From Isurus oxyrinchus (Eukaryota): DNA of 64,000 bases. Positions 1 to 15,000 of the stretch are shown here, piece after piece. The DNA lies in contig JANJGN010000016.1 in NCBI GenBank assembly GCA_026770705.1, positions 85,994,001 to 86,058,000 of the forward strand. Reading direction: 5' to 3'. The notes below the pieces were generated by a model, which saw only the letters and a program-made list of their open reading frames with translations, was not told the origin of the DNA and made no database searches. The position numbers and the translations under genes are program-made. How positions within the stretch are numbered: the stretch's first letter is position 1; every line of letters begins with the position of its first letter.

Positions 1-3000
1 GTACACAGACTGGATTGTGAAATGTGATGTACCTGAGCACACAGACTGGATTGTGAAATGTGATGTACCTGAGTATACAGACTGGAATGTGAAGTGTGAT
101 GTACCTGAGTACACAGTCTGGATTGTGAAGTTTGGTGTACCTGAGTACACAGACTGGATTGTGAAGTGTGATGTACCTGAGTACACTGACTGGATTGTGA
201 AGTGTGATGTACCTGAGTAGACAGACTGGATTGTGAAGTGTGATGTACCTGAGTACACAGACTGGATTGTGAAGTGTGATGTACCTGAGTACACAGTCTG
301 GATTGTGAAGTGTGGTGTACCTGAGTACACAGACTGGATTGTGAAGTGTGATGTACCTGAGTACACTGACTGGATTGTGAAGTGTGATGTACCTGAGTAG
401 ACAGACTGGATTGTGAAGTGTGGTGTATCTGAGTACACAGACTGGATTGTGAAGTGTGATGTACCTGAGTACACAGACTGGATTGTGAAGTGTGAAGTAC
501 CTGAGTACACAGACTGGATTGTTAAGTGTGATGTACCTGAATACACAGACAGGATTGTGAAGTGTAATATACCTGAGTACACAGAATGGATTGTGAAGTG
601 TGTTGTACCTGAGTACACAGACTGGATTGTGAAGTGTGATGTACCTGAGTACACAGACTGGATTGTGAAGTGTGATGTACGTGAGTACACAGACAGGATT
701 TTGAAGTGTGATGTACGTGAGTACACAGACTGGATTGTGAAATGTGATGTAACTGAGTTCACAGACTGGATTGTGAAGTGTGATGTACCTGAGTACAGAG
801 ACTGGATTGTGATGTGTGGTGTACCTGAGTACACAGACTGGATTGTGAAGTGTGATGTACCTGAGTACACAGACTGGATTGTGAAATGTGGTGTACCTGA
901 GTACACAGACTGGATTGTGAAGTGTGATGTACGTGAGTACACAGACTGGATTTTGAAGTGTGATGTACGTGAGTACACAGACTGGATTGTGAAATGTGAT
1001 GTAACTGAGTTCACAGACTGGATTGTGAAGTGTGATGTACCTGAGTACAGAGACTGGATTGTGATGTGTGGCGTACCTGAGTACACAGACTGGATTGTGA
1101 AATGTGATGTACCTGAGTATACAGACTGGATTGTGAAGTGTGATGTACCTGAGTACACTGACTGGATTGTGAAGTGTGATGTACCTGAGTACAGACACTG
1201 GATTGTGAAGTGTGATGTACCTGAGTACACAGACTGGATTGTGAAGTGTGATGTACCTGAGTACACAGACTGGATTGTGAAGTGTGATGTAACTGAGTAG
1301 ACAGAATTGATTGTGTAGTGTGGTGTACTTGAGGACACAGACTGGATTTTGAAGTGTGATGTACATGAGTACACAGACTGGATTGTGAAATGTGATGTAA
1401 CTGAGTTCACAGACTGGATTGTGAAGTGTGATGTACCTGAGTACACAGACTGGATTTTGAAGTGTGATGTACGTGAGTACACAGAATGGATTGTGAAATG
1501 TGATGTAACTGAGTTCACAGACTGGATTGTGAAGTGTGATGTACCTGAGTACACAGACTGGATTTTGAAGTGTGATGTACGTGAGTACACAGAATGGATT
1601 GTGAAGTGTGATGTACCTGAGTACACAGACTGGATTGTGAAGTGTGGTGTACCTGAGTACACAGACTGAATTGTGAAGTGTGATGTACCTGAGTACACAG
1701 ACTTGATTGTGAATTGTGATGTACCTGAATACACAGACTGGATTGTGAAGTGTGGTGTACCTGAGTACACAGACTGGATTGTGAAGTGTGATGTACCTGA
1801 GTACACTGACTGGATTGCAAAGTGTGATTTACCTGAGTACACAGACTGGATTGTGAAGAGTGGTGTACCTGAGTACACAGACTGGATTGTGAAGTGTGGT
1901 GTTCCTGAGTACACAGACTGGATTGTGAAGTGTGATGTAACTGAGTACACAGACTGGATTGTGAAGTGTGATGTACCTGAGTACACAGACTGGATTTTGA
2001 AGTGTGATGTACCTGAGTACACAGACTGGATTGCAAAATGTGATGTACCTGAGTACACAGACTGGAATGCGAAGTGTGGTGTACCTGAGTACACAGACTG
2101 GATTGTGAAGTGTGGTGTTCCTGAGTACACAGACTGGATTGTGAAGTGTGATGTACCTGAGTACACAGACTGGATTGTAAAGTGTGATGTACCTGAGTAC
2201 ACAGACTGGATTGTGAAGTGTGATGTACCTGAGTACACAGACTGGATTGTGAAGTGTGGTGTACCTGAGTTCACTGACTGGATTGTGAAGTGTGATGTAC
2301 CTGAGTACAGACACTGGATTGTGATGTGTGATGTACCTGAGTACACAGACTGGATTGTGAAGTGTGATGTACCTGAGTACACAGACTGGATTGTGAAGTG
2401 TGATGTACCTGAGTACACAGACTGGATTGTTAAGTGAGATGTACCTGAGTACACAGACTGGATTGTGAAGTGTGATGTACATGAGTACACAGACTGGATT
2501 GTGAAGTGTGATGTACCTGAGTACACAGTCTGGATTGTGAAGTCTGATGTAGCTGTGTACACAGACTGGATTGTGAAGTGTGGTGTATCTGAGTACACAG
2601 ACTGGATTGTGAAGTGTGATGTACCTGAGTACACAGACTGGATTGTGAAGTGTGATGTACCTGAGTACACAGAATGGATTGTGAAGTGTGATGTACCTGA
2701 GTACACAGACAGGGTTGTGAAGTATGATGTACCTGAGTAGGCAGACTGGATTGTGAAGCGTTATGTACCTGAGTACACACACTGGATTGTGAAGTGTGAT
2801 GTTCCTGGGTACACAGACTGAATTGTGTATTGTGATGTATCTGTATACACTGACTGGACTGTGAACTGTGATGTATTTGAGTACGCAGACTGGATTGTGA
2901 GGAGTGATATAACTGAGTACACAGACTGGATTGTGAAGTGTGATGTACCTGAGTACTCAGAGTGGATTGTGAAGTGTGATGTACCTGAGTACACAGACTG

Positions 3001-6000
3001 GATTGTGAAGTGTAATGTACCTGAGTACACTGACTGCATTGTGAAGTGTGATGTACCTGAGTACACAGACTGTATTGTGAAGTGTGATGTACCTGAGTAC
3101 ACAGACTGGATTGTGAATTGTGATGTAACTGAGTACACAGTCTGGATTGTGAAGTGTGATGTAACTGAGTTCAGAGACTGGATTGTGAAGTGTGATGTAC
3201 CTGAGTACACTGACTGGATTGTGAAATGTGATGTACCCGAGTACACAGACTGGATTGTGAAGCGTGATGTACCTGAGTACACAGACTGGATTGTGAAGTG
3301 CAATGTACCTGAGTACACAGACTGGATTGTGAAGTGTGATGTACCTGAGTACACAGACTGGATTGTGAAGTGTAATGTACCTGAGTACACACACTGTATT
3401 GTGAAGTGTGATGTACCTGAGTACACAGACTGGATTGTGAAGTGTAATGTACCTGAAAACACAGATTGGATTGTGAAGTGTGATGTACCTGAGTACACAC
3501 ACAGGATTGTGAAGTGTGGTGTACCTGAGTACACAGACTGGATTGCAAAGTGTGATGTACCTGAGTACACAGACTGGATTGTGAAATGTGGTGTACCTGA
3601 GTACACAGACTGGATTGTGAAGTGTGGTGTTCCTGAGTATACAGACTGGATTGTGAAGTGTGATGTAACTGAGTAGACAGAGTTGATTGTGAAGTGTGAT
3701 GTACCTGAGTACACAGACTGGATTTTGAAGTGTGATGTACGTGAGTACACAGACTGGATTGTGAAATGTGATGTAACTGAGTTCACAGACTGGATTGTGA
3801 AGTGCGATGTATATGAGTATACAGACTGGATTGTGAAGTGTGATGTACCTGAGTACACAGACTGGATTGTTAAGTGTGTTGTACCTGAGTACACAGACTG
3901 GATTGTGAAGTGTAACATACCTGAGTACACAGACAGGATTGTGAAGTGTAATATACCTGAGTACACAGAATGGATTGTGAAGTGCGATGTACCTGAGTAC
4001 ACAGACTGGATTGTGAAGTGTGGTGTACCTGAGTACACAGACTGGATTTTGAAGTGTGATGTACGTGAGTACACAGACTGGATTGTGAAATGTGATGTAA
4101 CAGAGTTCACAGACTGGATTGTGAAGTGTGATGTACCTGAGTACAGAGACTGGATTGTGAAGTCTGGTGTACCTGAGTACACAGACTGGATTGTGAAGTG
4201 TGATGTACCTGAGTACCCAGACTGGATTGTGAAGTGTGGTGTACCTGAGTACACAGACTGGATTGTGAAATGTGATGTACCTGAGTACACAGACTGGATT
4301 GTGAAATGTGATGTACCTGAGTATACAGACTGGATTGTGAAGTGTGATGTACCTGAGTACACTGACTGGATTGTGAAGTGTGATGTACCTGAGTACAGAC
4401 ACTGGATTGTGAAGTGTGATGTACCTGAGTACACAGAATGGATTGTGAAGTGTGATGTACCTGAGCACACAGACTGGATTGTGAAGTGTGATGTACCTGA
4501 GTACACAGACTGGATTGTTAAGTGTGATGTACCTGAATACACAGACTGGATTGTGAAGTGTAATATACCTGAGTACACAGACAGGATTGTGAAGTGTAAT
4601 ATACCTGAGTACACAGAATGGATTGTGAAGTGTGATGTACCTGAGTACACAGACTGGATTGTGAAGTGTGGTGTACCTGAGTACACAGACTGTATTGCAA
4701 AGTGTGATGTACCTGAGTACACAGACTGGATTGTGAAGTGTGGTGTACCTGAGTACACAGACTGGATTGTGACGTGTGGTGTTCCTGAGTACACAGACTG
4801 GATTGTGAAGTGTGATGTAACTGAGTACACAGAATTGATTGTGAAGTGTGATGTACCTGAGTACACAGACTGGATTTTGAAGTGTGATGTACGTGAATAC
4901 ACAGACTGGATTGTGAAATGTGATGTAACTGAGTTCACAGACTGGATTGTGGAGTGTGATGTATCTGAGTATACAGACTGGATTGTGAAGTGTGATGTAC
5001 TTGAGTACACAGACTGGATTGTGAAGTGTGATGTACCTGAGTACACAGACTGGATTGTGAATTGTGATGTACCTGAATACACAGACTGGATTGTGAAGCG
5101 TGATGTACCTGAGTACACAGACTGGATTGTGAAGTGTGGTGTACCTGAGTACACAGACTGGATTGCAAAGTGTGATATACCTGAGTACACAGACTGGATT
5201 GCGAAGTGTGGTGTACCTGAGTACACAGACTGGATTGTCAAGTGTGGTTTTCCTGAGTATACAGACTGGATTGTGAAGTGTGATGTACCTGAGTACACAG
5301 ACTGGATTGTGAAGTGTGATGTACCTGAGTACACAGACTGGATTGTGAAGTGTGATGTACCTGAGTACACAGACTGGATTGTGATGTGTGGTGTACCTGA
5401 GTACACAGACTGGATTGTGAAGTGTGATGTACCTGAGTACACTGACTGGATTGTGAAGTGTGATGTACCTGAGTACAGACACTGGATTGTGAAGTGTGAT
5501 GTACCTGAGTACACAGACTGGATTGTGAAGTGTGATGTACCTGAGTACACAGACTGGATTGTGAAGTGTGATGTACCTGAGTACACAGACTGGATTGTTA
5601 AGTGTGATGTACCTGAGTACACAGACTGGATTGTGAAGTGTGATGTACCTGATTACACAGACTGGATTGTGAAATATGATGTACCTGAGTACACAGACAG
5701 GATTGTGAAGTGTGATGTACCTCAGTACACAGACTGGATTGTGAAGTGTGATGTACCTGAGTACACACACTGGATTGTGAAGTGTGATGTTCCTGGGTAC
5801 ACAGACTGAATTGTGAATTGTGATGTATCTGAATACACTGACTGGACTGTGAACTGTGATGTATTTGAGTACACAGACTGGATTCTGAGGTGTGATATAA
5901 CTGAGTACACAGACTGGATTGTGAAGTGTGATGTACCTGAGTACTCAGAGTGGATTGTGAAGTGTGATGTACCTGAGTACACAGACTGGATTGTGAAGTG

Positions 6001-9000
6001 TGATGTACCTGAGTACACAGACTGGATTGTGAAGTGTGATGTAACTGAGTACACAGTCTGGATTGTGAAGTGTGATGTAACTGAGTTCACAGACTGGATT
6101 GTGAAGTGTGATGTACCTGAGTACACAGACTGGATTGTGAAATGTGATGTACCTGAGTGCACAGACTGGATTGTGAAGTGTGATGTACCTGAGTACACAG
6201 ACTGGATTGTGAAGTGTGATGTACCTGAGTACACAGACTGGATTGTGAATTGTGATGTACCTGAATACACAGACTGGATTGTGAAGCCTGATGTACCTGA
6301 GTACACACACTGGATTGTGAAGTGTGGTGTACCTGAGTACACAGACTGGATTGCAAAGTGTGAAGTACCTGAGTACACAGACTGGATTGTGAAGTGTGGT
6401 GTTCCTGAGTATACAGACTGGATTGTGAAGTGTGATGTAACTGAGTAGACAGAATTGATTGTGAAGTGTGATGTACGTGAGTACACAGACTGGATTGTGA
6501 AATGTGATGTAACTGAGTTCACAGACTGGATTGTGAAGTGTGATGTATATGAGTATACAGACTGGATTGTGAAGTGTGATGTACTTGAGTACACAGACTG
6601 GATTGTGAAGTGTGATGTACCTGAGTACACATACTGGATTGTGAAGTGTGATGTACCTGAGTACACAAACTGGATTGTGAAGTGTGATGTACCTGAGTAC
6701 ACAGACTGGATTGTGAAGTGTGATGTACCTGAGTACACAGACTGGATTGTGAAATGTGATGAACCTGAGTACACAGACTGGATTGTGAAGTGTGATGTAC
6801 CTGAGTACACAGAATGGTTTGTGTAGTCTGATGTACCTGAGTACACAGTCTGGATTTTGAAATGTGATGTACCTGAGTACACAGACTGGATTGTGAAGCG
6901 TGATGTACCTGAGTACACAGTCTGGATTTTGAAGTGTGATGTACCTGAGTACACAGACTGGATTGTGAAGCGTGATGTACCTGAGTACACACACTGGATT
7001 GTGAAGTTTGGTGTATCTGAGTACACAGACTGGACTGTGAAGTGTGATGTACCTGAGTACACAGACTGGATTGTGAAGTGTGATGTAACTGAGTAGACAG
7101 AATGGATTGTGAAGTGTGATGTACCTGAGTACACAGACTGGATTGTGAAGTGTGATGTACCTGAGTACACAGACTGGATTGTGAAGTGTGATGTACCTGA
7201 GTACACAGACTGGATTTTGAAGTGTGATGTACGTGAGTACACAGACTGGATTGTGAAGTGTGATGTAACTGAGTACACAGACTGGATTGTGAAGTGTGAT
7301 GTACCTGAGTACACAGACTGGATTGTGAAGTGTAATGTACCTGAGTATACAGACTGGATTGTGAAGTGTGATGTACCTGAGTACACAGACTGGATTGTGA
7401 AGTGTGATGTTCCTGAGTACACAGACTGGATTTTGAAGTGTGATGTACGTGAGTACACAGACTGGATTGTGAAATGTGATGTAACTGAGTTCACAGACTG
7501 GATTGTGAAGTGTGATGTACCTGAGTACACAGTCTGGATTTTGAAGTGTGATGTACCTGAGTACACAGACTGGATTTTGAAATGTGATGTACCTGAGTAC
7601 ACAGACTGGATTGTGAATTGTGATGTACCTGAATACACAGACTGGATTGTGAAGCGTGATGTACCTGATTACAAACACTGGATTGTGAAGTTTGGTGTAT
7701 CTGAGTACACAGACTGGTCTGCTAAGTGTGATGTACCTGAGTACACAGACTGGATTGCGAAGTGTGGTGTACCTGAGTACACAGACTGGATTGTGAAGTG
7801 TGGTGTTCCTGAGTATAAAGACTGGATTGTGAAATGTGATGTACCTGAGTACACAGACTGGATTGTGAAGTGTGATGTAACTGAGTACGCAGACTGGATT
7901 GTGAAGTGTGATGTACCTGACTACACAGTCTGGATTGTGAAGTCTGATGTACCTGAGTACACAGACTGGATTGTGAATTGTGATGTACCTGAATACACAG
8001 ACTGGATTGTGAAGCGTGATGTACCTGTGTACACACACTGGATTGTGAAGTGTGGTGTATCTGAGTACACAGACTGGATTGTGAAGTGTGATGTACCTGA
8101 GTACACAGACTGGATTGTGAAGTGTGATGTACCTGAGTACACAGACTGGATTGTGAAGAGTGGTGAATCTGAGTACACAGACTGGATTGTGAAGTGTGAT
8201 GTACCTGAGTACACAGACTGGATTGTGAAGTGTGGTGTACCTGAGTACACAGACTGGATTGTGAAATGTGATGTACCTGAGTACACAGACTGGATTGTGA
8301 AATGTGATGTACCTGAGTATACAGACTGGATTGTGAAGTGTGATGTACCTGAGTACACAGACTGGATTGTGAAATGTGATGTACCTGAGTATACAGACTG
8401 GATTGTGAAGTGTGATGTACCTGAGTACACTGACTCGATTGTGAAGTGTGATGTACCTGAGTACAGACACTGGATTGTGAAGTGTGGTGTACCTGAGTAC
8501 ACAGAATGGATTGTGAAGTCTGATGTACCTGAGCACACAGACTGGATTGTGAAGTGTGATGTACCTGAGTACACAGACTGGATTGTTAATTGTGATGTAC
8601 CTGAGTACACAGTCTGGATTGTGAAGTGTGATGTACCTGAGTACACAGACTGGATTGTGAAGTGTAATAAACCTGAGTACACAGACAGGATTGTGAAGTG
8701 TAATATACCTGAGTACACAGAATGGATTGTGAAGTGTGATGTACCTGAGAACACAGACTGGATTGTGAAGTGTGATGTACCTGAGTACACAGACTGGATT
8801 GTGAAGTGTGATGTACCTGAGTACACAGACTGGATTGTGAAGTGTGATGAACCTGAGTACACAGACTGGATTGTGAAGTGTGATGTACTTGAGTACACAG
8901 ACTGGATTGTGAAGTGTAATGTACCTGAGTATACAGACTGGATTGTGAAGTGTGATGTACCTGAGTACACAGACTGGATTGTGAAGTGTGATGTTCCTGA

Positions 9001-12000
9001 GTACACAGACTGGATTTTGAAGTGTGATGTACGTGAGTACACAGACTGGATTGTGAAATGTGATGTAACTGAGTTCACAGACTGGATTGTGAAGTGTGAT
9101 GTACCTGAGTACACAGTCTGGATTTTGAAGTGTGATGTACCTGAGTACACAGACTGGATTTTGAAATGTGATGTACCTGAGTACACAGACTGGATTGTGA
9201 ATTGTGATGTACCTGAATACACAGACTGGATTGTGAAGCGTGATGTACCTGATTACAAACACTGGATTGTGAAGTTTGGTGTATCTGAGTACACAGACTG
9301 GTCTGCTAAGTGTGATGTACCTGAGTACACAGACTGGATTGCGAAGTGTGGTATACCTGAGTACACAGACTGGATTGTGAAGTGTGGTGTTCCTGAGTAT
9401 AAAGACTGGATTGTGAAGTGTGATGTACCTGAGTACACAGACTGGATTGTGAAGTGTGATGTAACTGAGTACGCAGACTGGATTGTGAAGTGTGATGTAC
9501 CTGACTACACAGTCTGGATTGTGAAGTCTGATGTACCTTAGTACACAGACTGGATTGTGAATTGTGATGTACCTGAATACACAGACTGGATTGTGAAGCG
9601 TGATGTACCTGTGTACACACACTGGATTGTGAAGTGTGGTGTATCTGAGTAAACAGACTGGATTGTGAAGTGTGATGTACCTGAGTACACAGACTGGATT
9701 GTGAAGTGTGATGTACCTGAGTACACAGACTGGATTGTGAAGAGTGGTGAATCTGAGTACACAGACTGGATTGTGAAGTGTGATGTACCTGAGTACACAG
9801 ACTGGATTGTGAAGTGTGGTGTACCTGAGTACACAGACTGGATTGTGAAATGTGATGTACCTGAGTACACAGACTGGATTGTGAAATGTGATGTACCTGA
9901 GTATACAGACTGGATTGTGAAGAGTGATGTACCTGAGTACACAGACTGGATTGTGAAATGTGATGTACCTGAGTATACAGACTGGATTGTGAAGTGTGAT
10001 GTACCTGAGTACACTGACTCGATTGTGAAGTGTGATGTACCTGAGTACAGACACTGGATTGTGAAGTGTGATGTACCTGAGTACACAGACTGGATTGTTA
10101 ATTGTGATGTACCTGAGTACACAGTCTGGATTGTGAAGTGTGATGTACCTGAGTACACAGACTGGATTGTGAAGTGTAATAAACCTGAGTACACAGACAG
10201 GATTGTGAAGTGTAATATACCTGAGTACACAGAATGGATTGTGAAGTGTGATGTACCTGAGAACACAGACTGGATTGTGAAGTGTGATGTACCTGAGTAC
10301 ACAGACTGGATTGTGAAGTGTGATGTACCTGAGTACACAGACTGGATTGTGAAGTGTGATGAACCTGAGTACACAGACTGGATTGTGAAGTGTGATGTAC
10401 TTGAGTACACAGACTGGATTGTGAAGTGTGGTGTACCTGAGTACACAGACTGGATTGTGAAGTGTGATGTACCTGAGTACACTGACTGGATTGTGAAGTG
10501 TGATGTACCTGAGTACAGACACTGGATTGTGAAGTGTGATGTACCTGAGTACACAGACTGGATTGTGAAGCGTGATGTACCTGAGTACACACACTGGATT
10601 GTGAAGTGTGGCGTACCTGAGTACACAGACTGGATTGCAAAGTGTGATGTACCTGAGTACACAGACTGGATTGTGAAGTGTGGTGTACCTGAGTACACAG
10701 ACTGGATTGTGAAGTGTGGTGTTCCTGAGTACACAGACTGGATTGTGAAGTGTGATGTAACTGAGTACACAGACTGGATTGTGAAGTGTGATGTACCTGA
10801 GTACACAGACTGGATTTTGAAGTGTGATGTACGTGAGTACACAGACTGGATTGTGAAATGTGATGTACCTGAGTACACAGACTGGATTGTGCAGTGTGAT
10901 GTACCTGAGTACACAGATTGGATTGTTAATTGTGATGTACCTGAATACGCAGACTGGATTGTGATGCGTGATGTACCTGAGTACACACACTGGATTGTGA
11001 AGTGTGGTGTACATGAGTACACAGACTGGATTGCAAAGTGTGATGTACCTGAGTACACAGACTGGATTGCGAAGTGTGGTGTACCTGAGTACACAGACTG
11101 GATTGTGAAGTGTGGTGTTCCTGAGTATACAGACTGGATTGTGAAGTGTGATGTACCTGAGTACACAGACTGGATTGTAAAGTGTGATGTACCTGAGTAC
11201 ACAGACTGGATTGTGAAGTGTGGTGTACCTGAGTACACTGACTGGATTGTGATGTGTGATGTACCTGAGTACAGACACTGGATTGTGAAGTGTGATGTAC
11301 CTCAGTACACCGACTGGATTGTGAAGTGTGATGTACCTGAGTACACAGACTGGATTGTGAAGTGTGATGTACCTGAGTACACAGACTGGATTGTTAAGTG
11401 TGATGTACCTGAGTACACAGACTGGATTGTGAAGTGTGATGTACCTGAGTACACAGACTGGATTGTGAAGTGTGATGTACCTGAGTACACAGTCTGGATT
11501 GTGAAGTCTGATGTACCTGAGTACACAGACTGGATTGTGAAGTGTGGTGTATCTGAGTACACAGACTGGATTGTGAAGTGTGATGTACCTGAGTACACAG
11601 ACTGGACTGTGAAGTGTGATGTACCTGAGTACACAGACTGGATTGTGAAGTGTGATGTACCTGAGTACACATACAGGATTGTGAAGTGTGATGTACCTGA
11701 GTACACAGACTGGATTGTGAAGTATGATGTACCTGAGTACGCAGACTGGATTGTGAAGCGTGATGTACCTGAATACACAGACTGGATTGTGAATTGTGAT
11801 GTATCTGAATACACTGACTGGACTGTGAACTGTGATGTATTTGAGTACACAGACTGGATTGTGAGGAGTGATATAACTGAGTACACAGACTGGATTGTGA
11901 AGTGTGATGTACCTGAGTACTCAGAGTGGATTGTGAAGTGTGATGTACCTGAGTACACAGACTGGATTGTGAAGTGTAATGTACCTGAGTACACTGACTG

Positions 12001-15000
12001 CATTTTGAAGTGTGATGTACCTGAGTACACTGACTGGATTGTGAAGTGTGATGTACCTGAGTACACAGACTGGATTGTGAAGTGTGATGTAACTGAGTAC
12101 ACAGTCTGGATTGTGAAGTGTGATGTAACTGAGTTCACAGACTGGATTGTGAAGTGCGATGTACCTGAGTACACAGACTGGATTGTGAAATGTGATGTAC
12201 CCGAGTACACAGACTGGATTGTGAAGCGTGATGTACCTGAGTACACAGACTGGATTGTGAAGTGTAATGTACCTGAGTACACAGACTGGATTGTGAAGTG
12301 TGATGTACCTGAGTACTCAGACTGGATTGTGAAGTGTAATGTACATGAGTACACACACTGTATTGTGAAGTGTGATGTACCTGAGTACACAGACTGGATT
12401 GTGAAGTGTAATGTACCTGAGTACACAGACTGGATTGTGAAGTGTGATGTACCTGAGTACACACACTGGATTGTGAAGTGTGGTGTAACTGAGTACACAG
12501 ACTGGATTGTAAAGTGTGATGTACCTGAGTACACAGACTGGATTGTGAAATGTGGTGTACCTGAGTACACAGACTGGATTGTGAAGTGTGGTGTTCATGA
12601 GTATACAGACTGGATTGTGAAGTGTGATGTAACTGAGTAGACAGAATTGATTGTGAAGTGTGATGTACCTGAGTACACATACTGGATTGTGAAATGTGAT
12701 GTACCTGAGTACACAGACTGGATTTTGAAGTGTGATGTACATGAGTACACAGACTGGATTGTGAAAGGTGATGTAACTGAGTTCACAGACTGGATTTTGA
12801 AGTGTGATGTATATGAGTATACAGACTGGATTGTGAAGTGTGATGTACCTGATTACACAGACTGGATTGTTAAGTGTGATGTACCTGAGTACACAGACTG
12901 GATTGTGAAGTGTAATATACCTGAGTACACAGACAGGATTGTGAAGTGTAATATACCTGAGTACACAGAATGGATTGTGAAGTGTGATGTACCTGAGTAC
13001 ACAGACTGGATTGTGAAGTGTGATGAACCTGAGTACAAAGACTGGATTGTGAAGTGTGATGTAACTGAGTAGACAGAATTGATTGTGAAGTGTGATGTAC
13101 CTGAGTACACAGACTGGATTGTGAAGTGTGATGAACCTGAGTACACAGACTGGATTGTGAAGTGTGGTGTACCTGAGTACACAGACTGCATTGTGAAGTG
13201 TGATGTACCTGAGTACACAGACTGGATTGTGAATTGTGATGTACCTGAATACACAGACTGGATTGTGAAGCGTGATGTACCTGAGTACACACACTGGATT
13301 GTGCAGTGTGGTGTACCTGAGTACACAGACTGGATTGTGAAGTGTGATGTACCTGAGTACACATATTGGATTGTTAATTGTGATGTACCTGAATACACAG
13401 ACTGGATTGTGATTCGTGATGTACCTGAGTACACACACTGGATTGTGAAGTGTGGTGTACATGAGTACACAGACTGGATTGCAAAGTGTGATGTACCTGA
13501 GTACACAGACTGGATTGCGAAGTGTGGTGTACCTGATTACACAGACTGGATTGTGAAGTGTGGTGTTCCTGAGTATACAGACTGGATTGTGAAGTGTGAT
13601 GTACCTGAGTACACAGAATGGATTGTAAAGTGTGATGTACCTGAGTACACAGACTGGATTGTGAAGTGTGGTGTACCTGAGTACACTGACTGCATTGTGA
13701 TGTGTGATGTACCTGAGTACAGACACTGGATTGTGAAGTGTGATGTACCTCAGTACACAGACTGGATTGTGAAGTGTGATGTACCTGAGTACACAGACTG
13801 GATTGTGAAGTTTGATGTACCTGAGTACACAGACTGGATTGTTAAGTGTGATGTTCCTGAGTACACAGACTGGATTGTGAAGTGTGATGTACCTGAGTAC
13901 ACAGACTGGATTGTGAAGTGTGATGTACCTGAGTACACAGTCTGGATTGTGAAGTCTGATGTACCTGAGTACACAGACTGGATTGTGAAGTGTGGTGTCT
14001 CTGAGTACACAGACTGGATTGTGAAGTGTGATGTACCTGAGTACACAGACTGGACTGTGAAATGTGATGTACCTGAGTACACAGACTGGATTGTGAAGTG
14101 TGATGTACCTGAGTACACATACAGGATTGTGAAGTGTGATGTACCTGAGTACACAGACTGGATTGTGAAGTATGATGTACCTGAGTACGCAGACTGGATT
14201 GTGAAGCGTGATGTACCTGAATACACAGACTGGATTGTGAATTGTGATGTATCTGAATACACTGACTGGACTGTGAACTGTGATGTATTTGAGTACACAG
14301 ACTGGATTGTGAGGAGTGATATAACTGAGTACACAGACTGGATTGTGAAGTGTGATGTACCTGAGTACTCAGAGTGGATTGTGAAGTGTGATGTACCTGA
14401 GTACACAGACTGGATTGTGAAGTGTAATGTACCTGAGTACACTGACTGCATTTTGAAGTGTGATGTACCTGAGTACACTGACTGGATTGTGAAGTGTGAT
14501 GTACCTGAGTACACAGACTGGATTGTGAAGTGTGATGTAACTGAGTACACAGTCTGGATTGTGAAGTGTGATGTAACTGAGTTCACAGACTGGATTGTGA
14601 AGTGCGATGTACCTGAGTACACAGACTGGATTGTGAAATGTGATGTACCCGAGTACACAGACTGGATTGTGAAGCGTGATGTACCTGAGTACACAGACTG
14701 GATTGTGAAGTGTAATGTACCTGAGTACACAGACTGGATTGTGAAGTGTGATGTACCTGAGTACTCAGACTGGATTGTGAAGTGTAATGTACCTGAGTAC
14801 ACACACTGTATTGTGAAGTGTGATGTACCTGAGTACACAGACTGGATTGTGAAGTGTAATGTACCTGAGTACACAGACTGGATTGTGAAGTGTGATGTAC
14901 CTGAGTACACACACTGGATTGTGAAGTGTGGTGTAACTGAGTACACAGACTGGATTGTAAAGTGTGATGTACCTGAGTACACAGACTGGATTGTGAAATG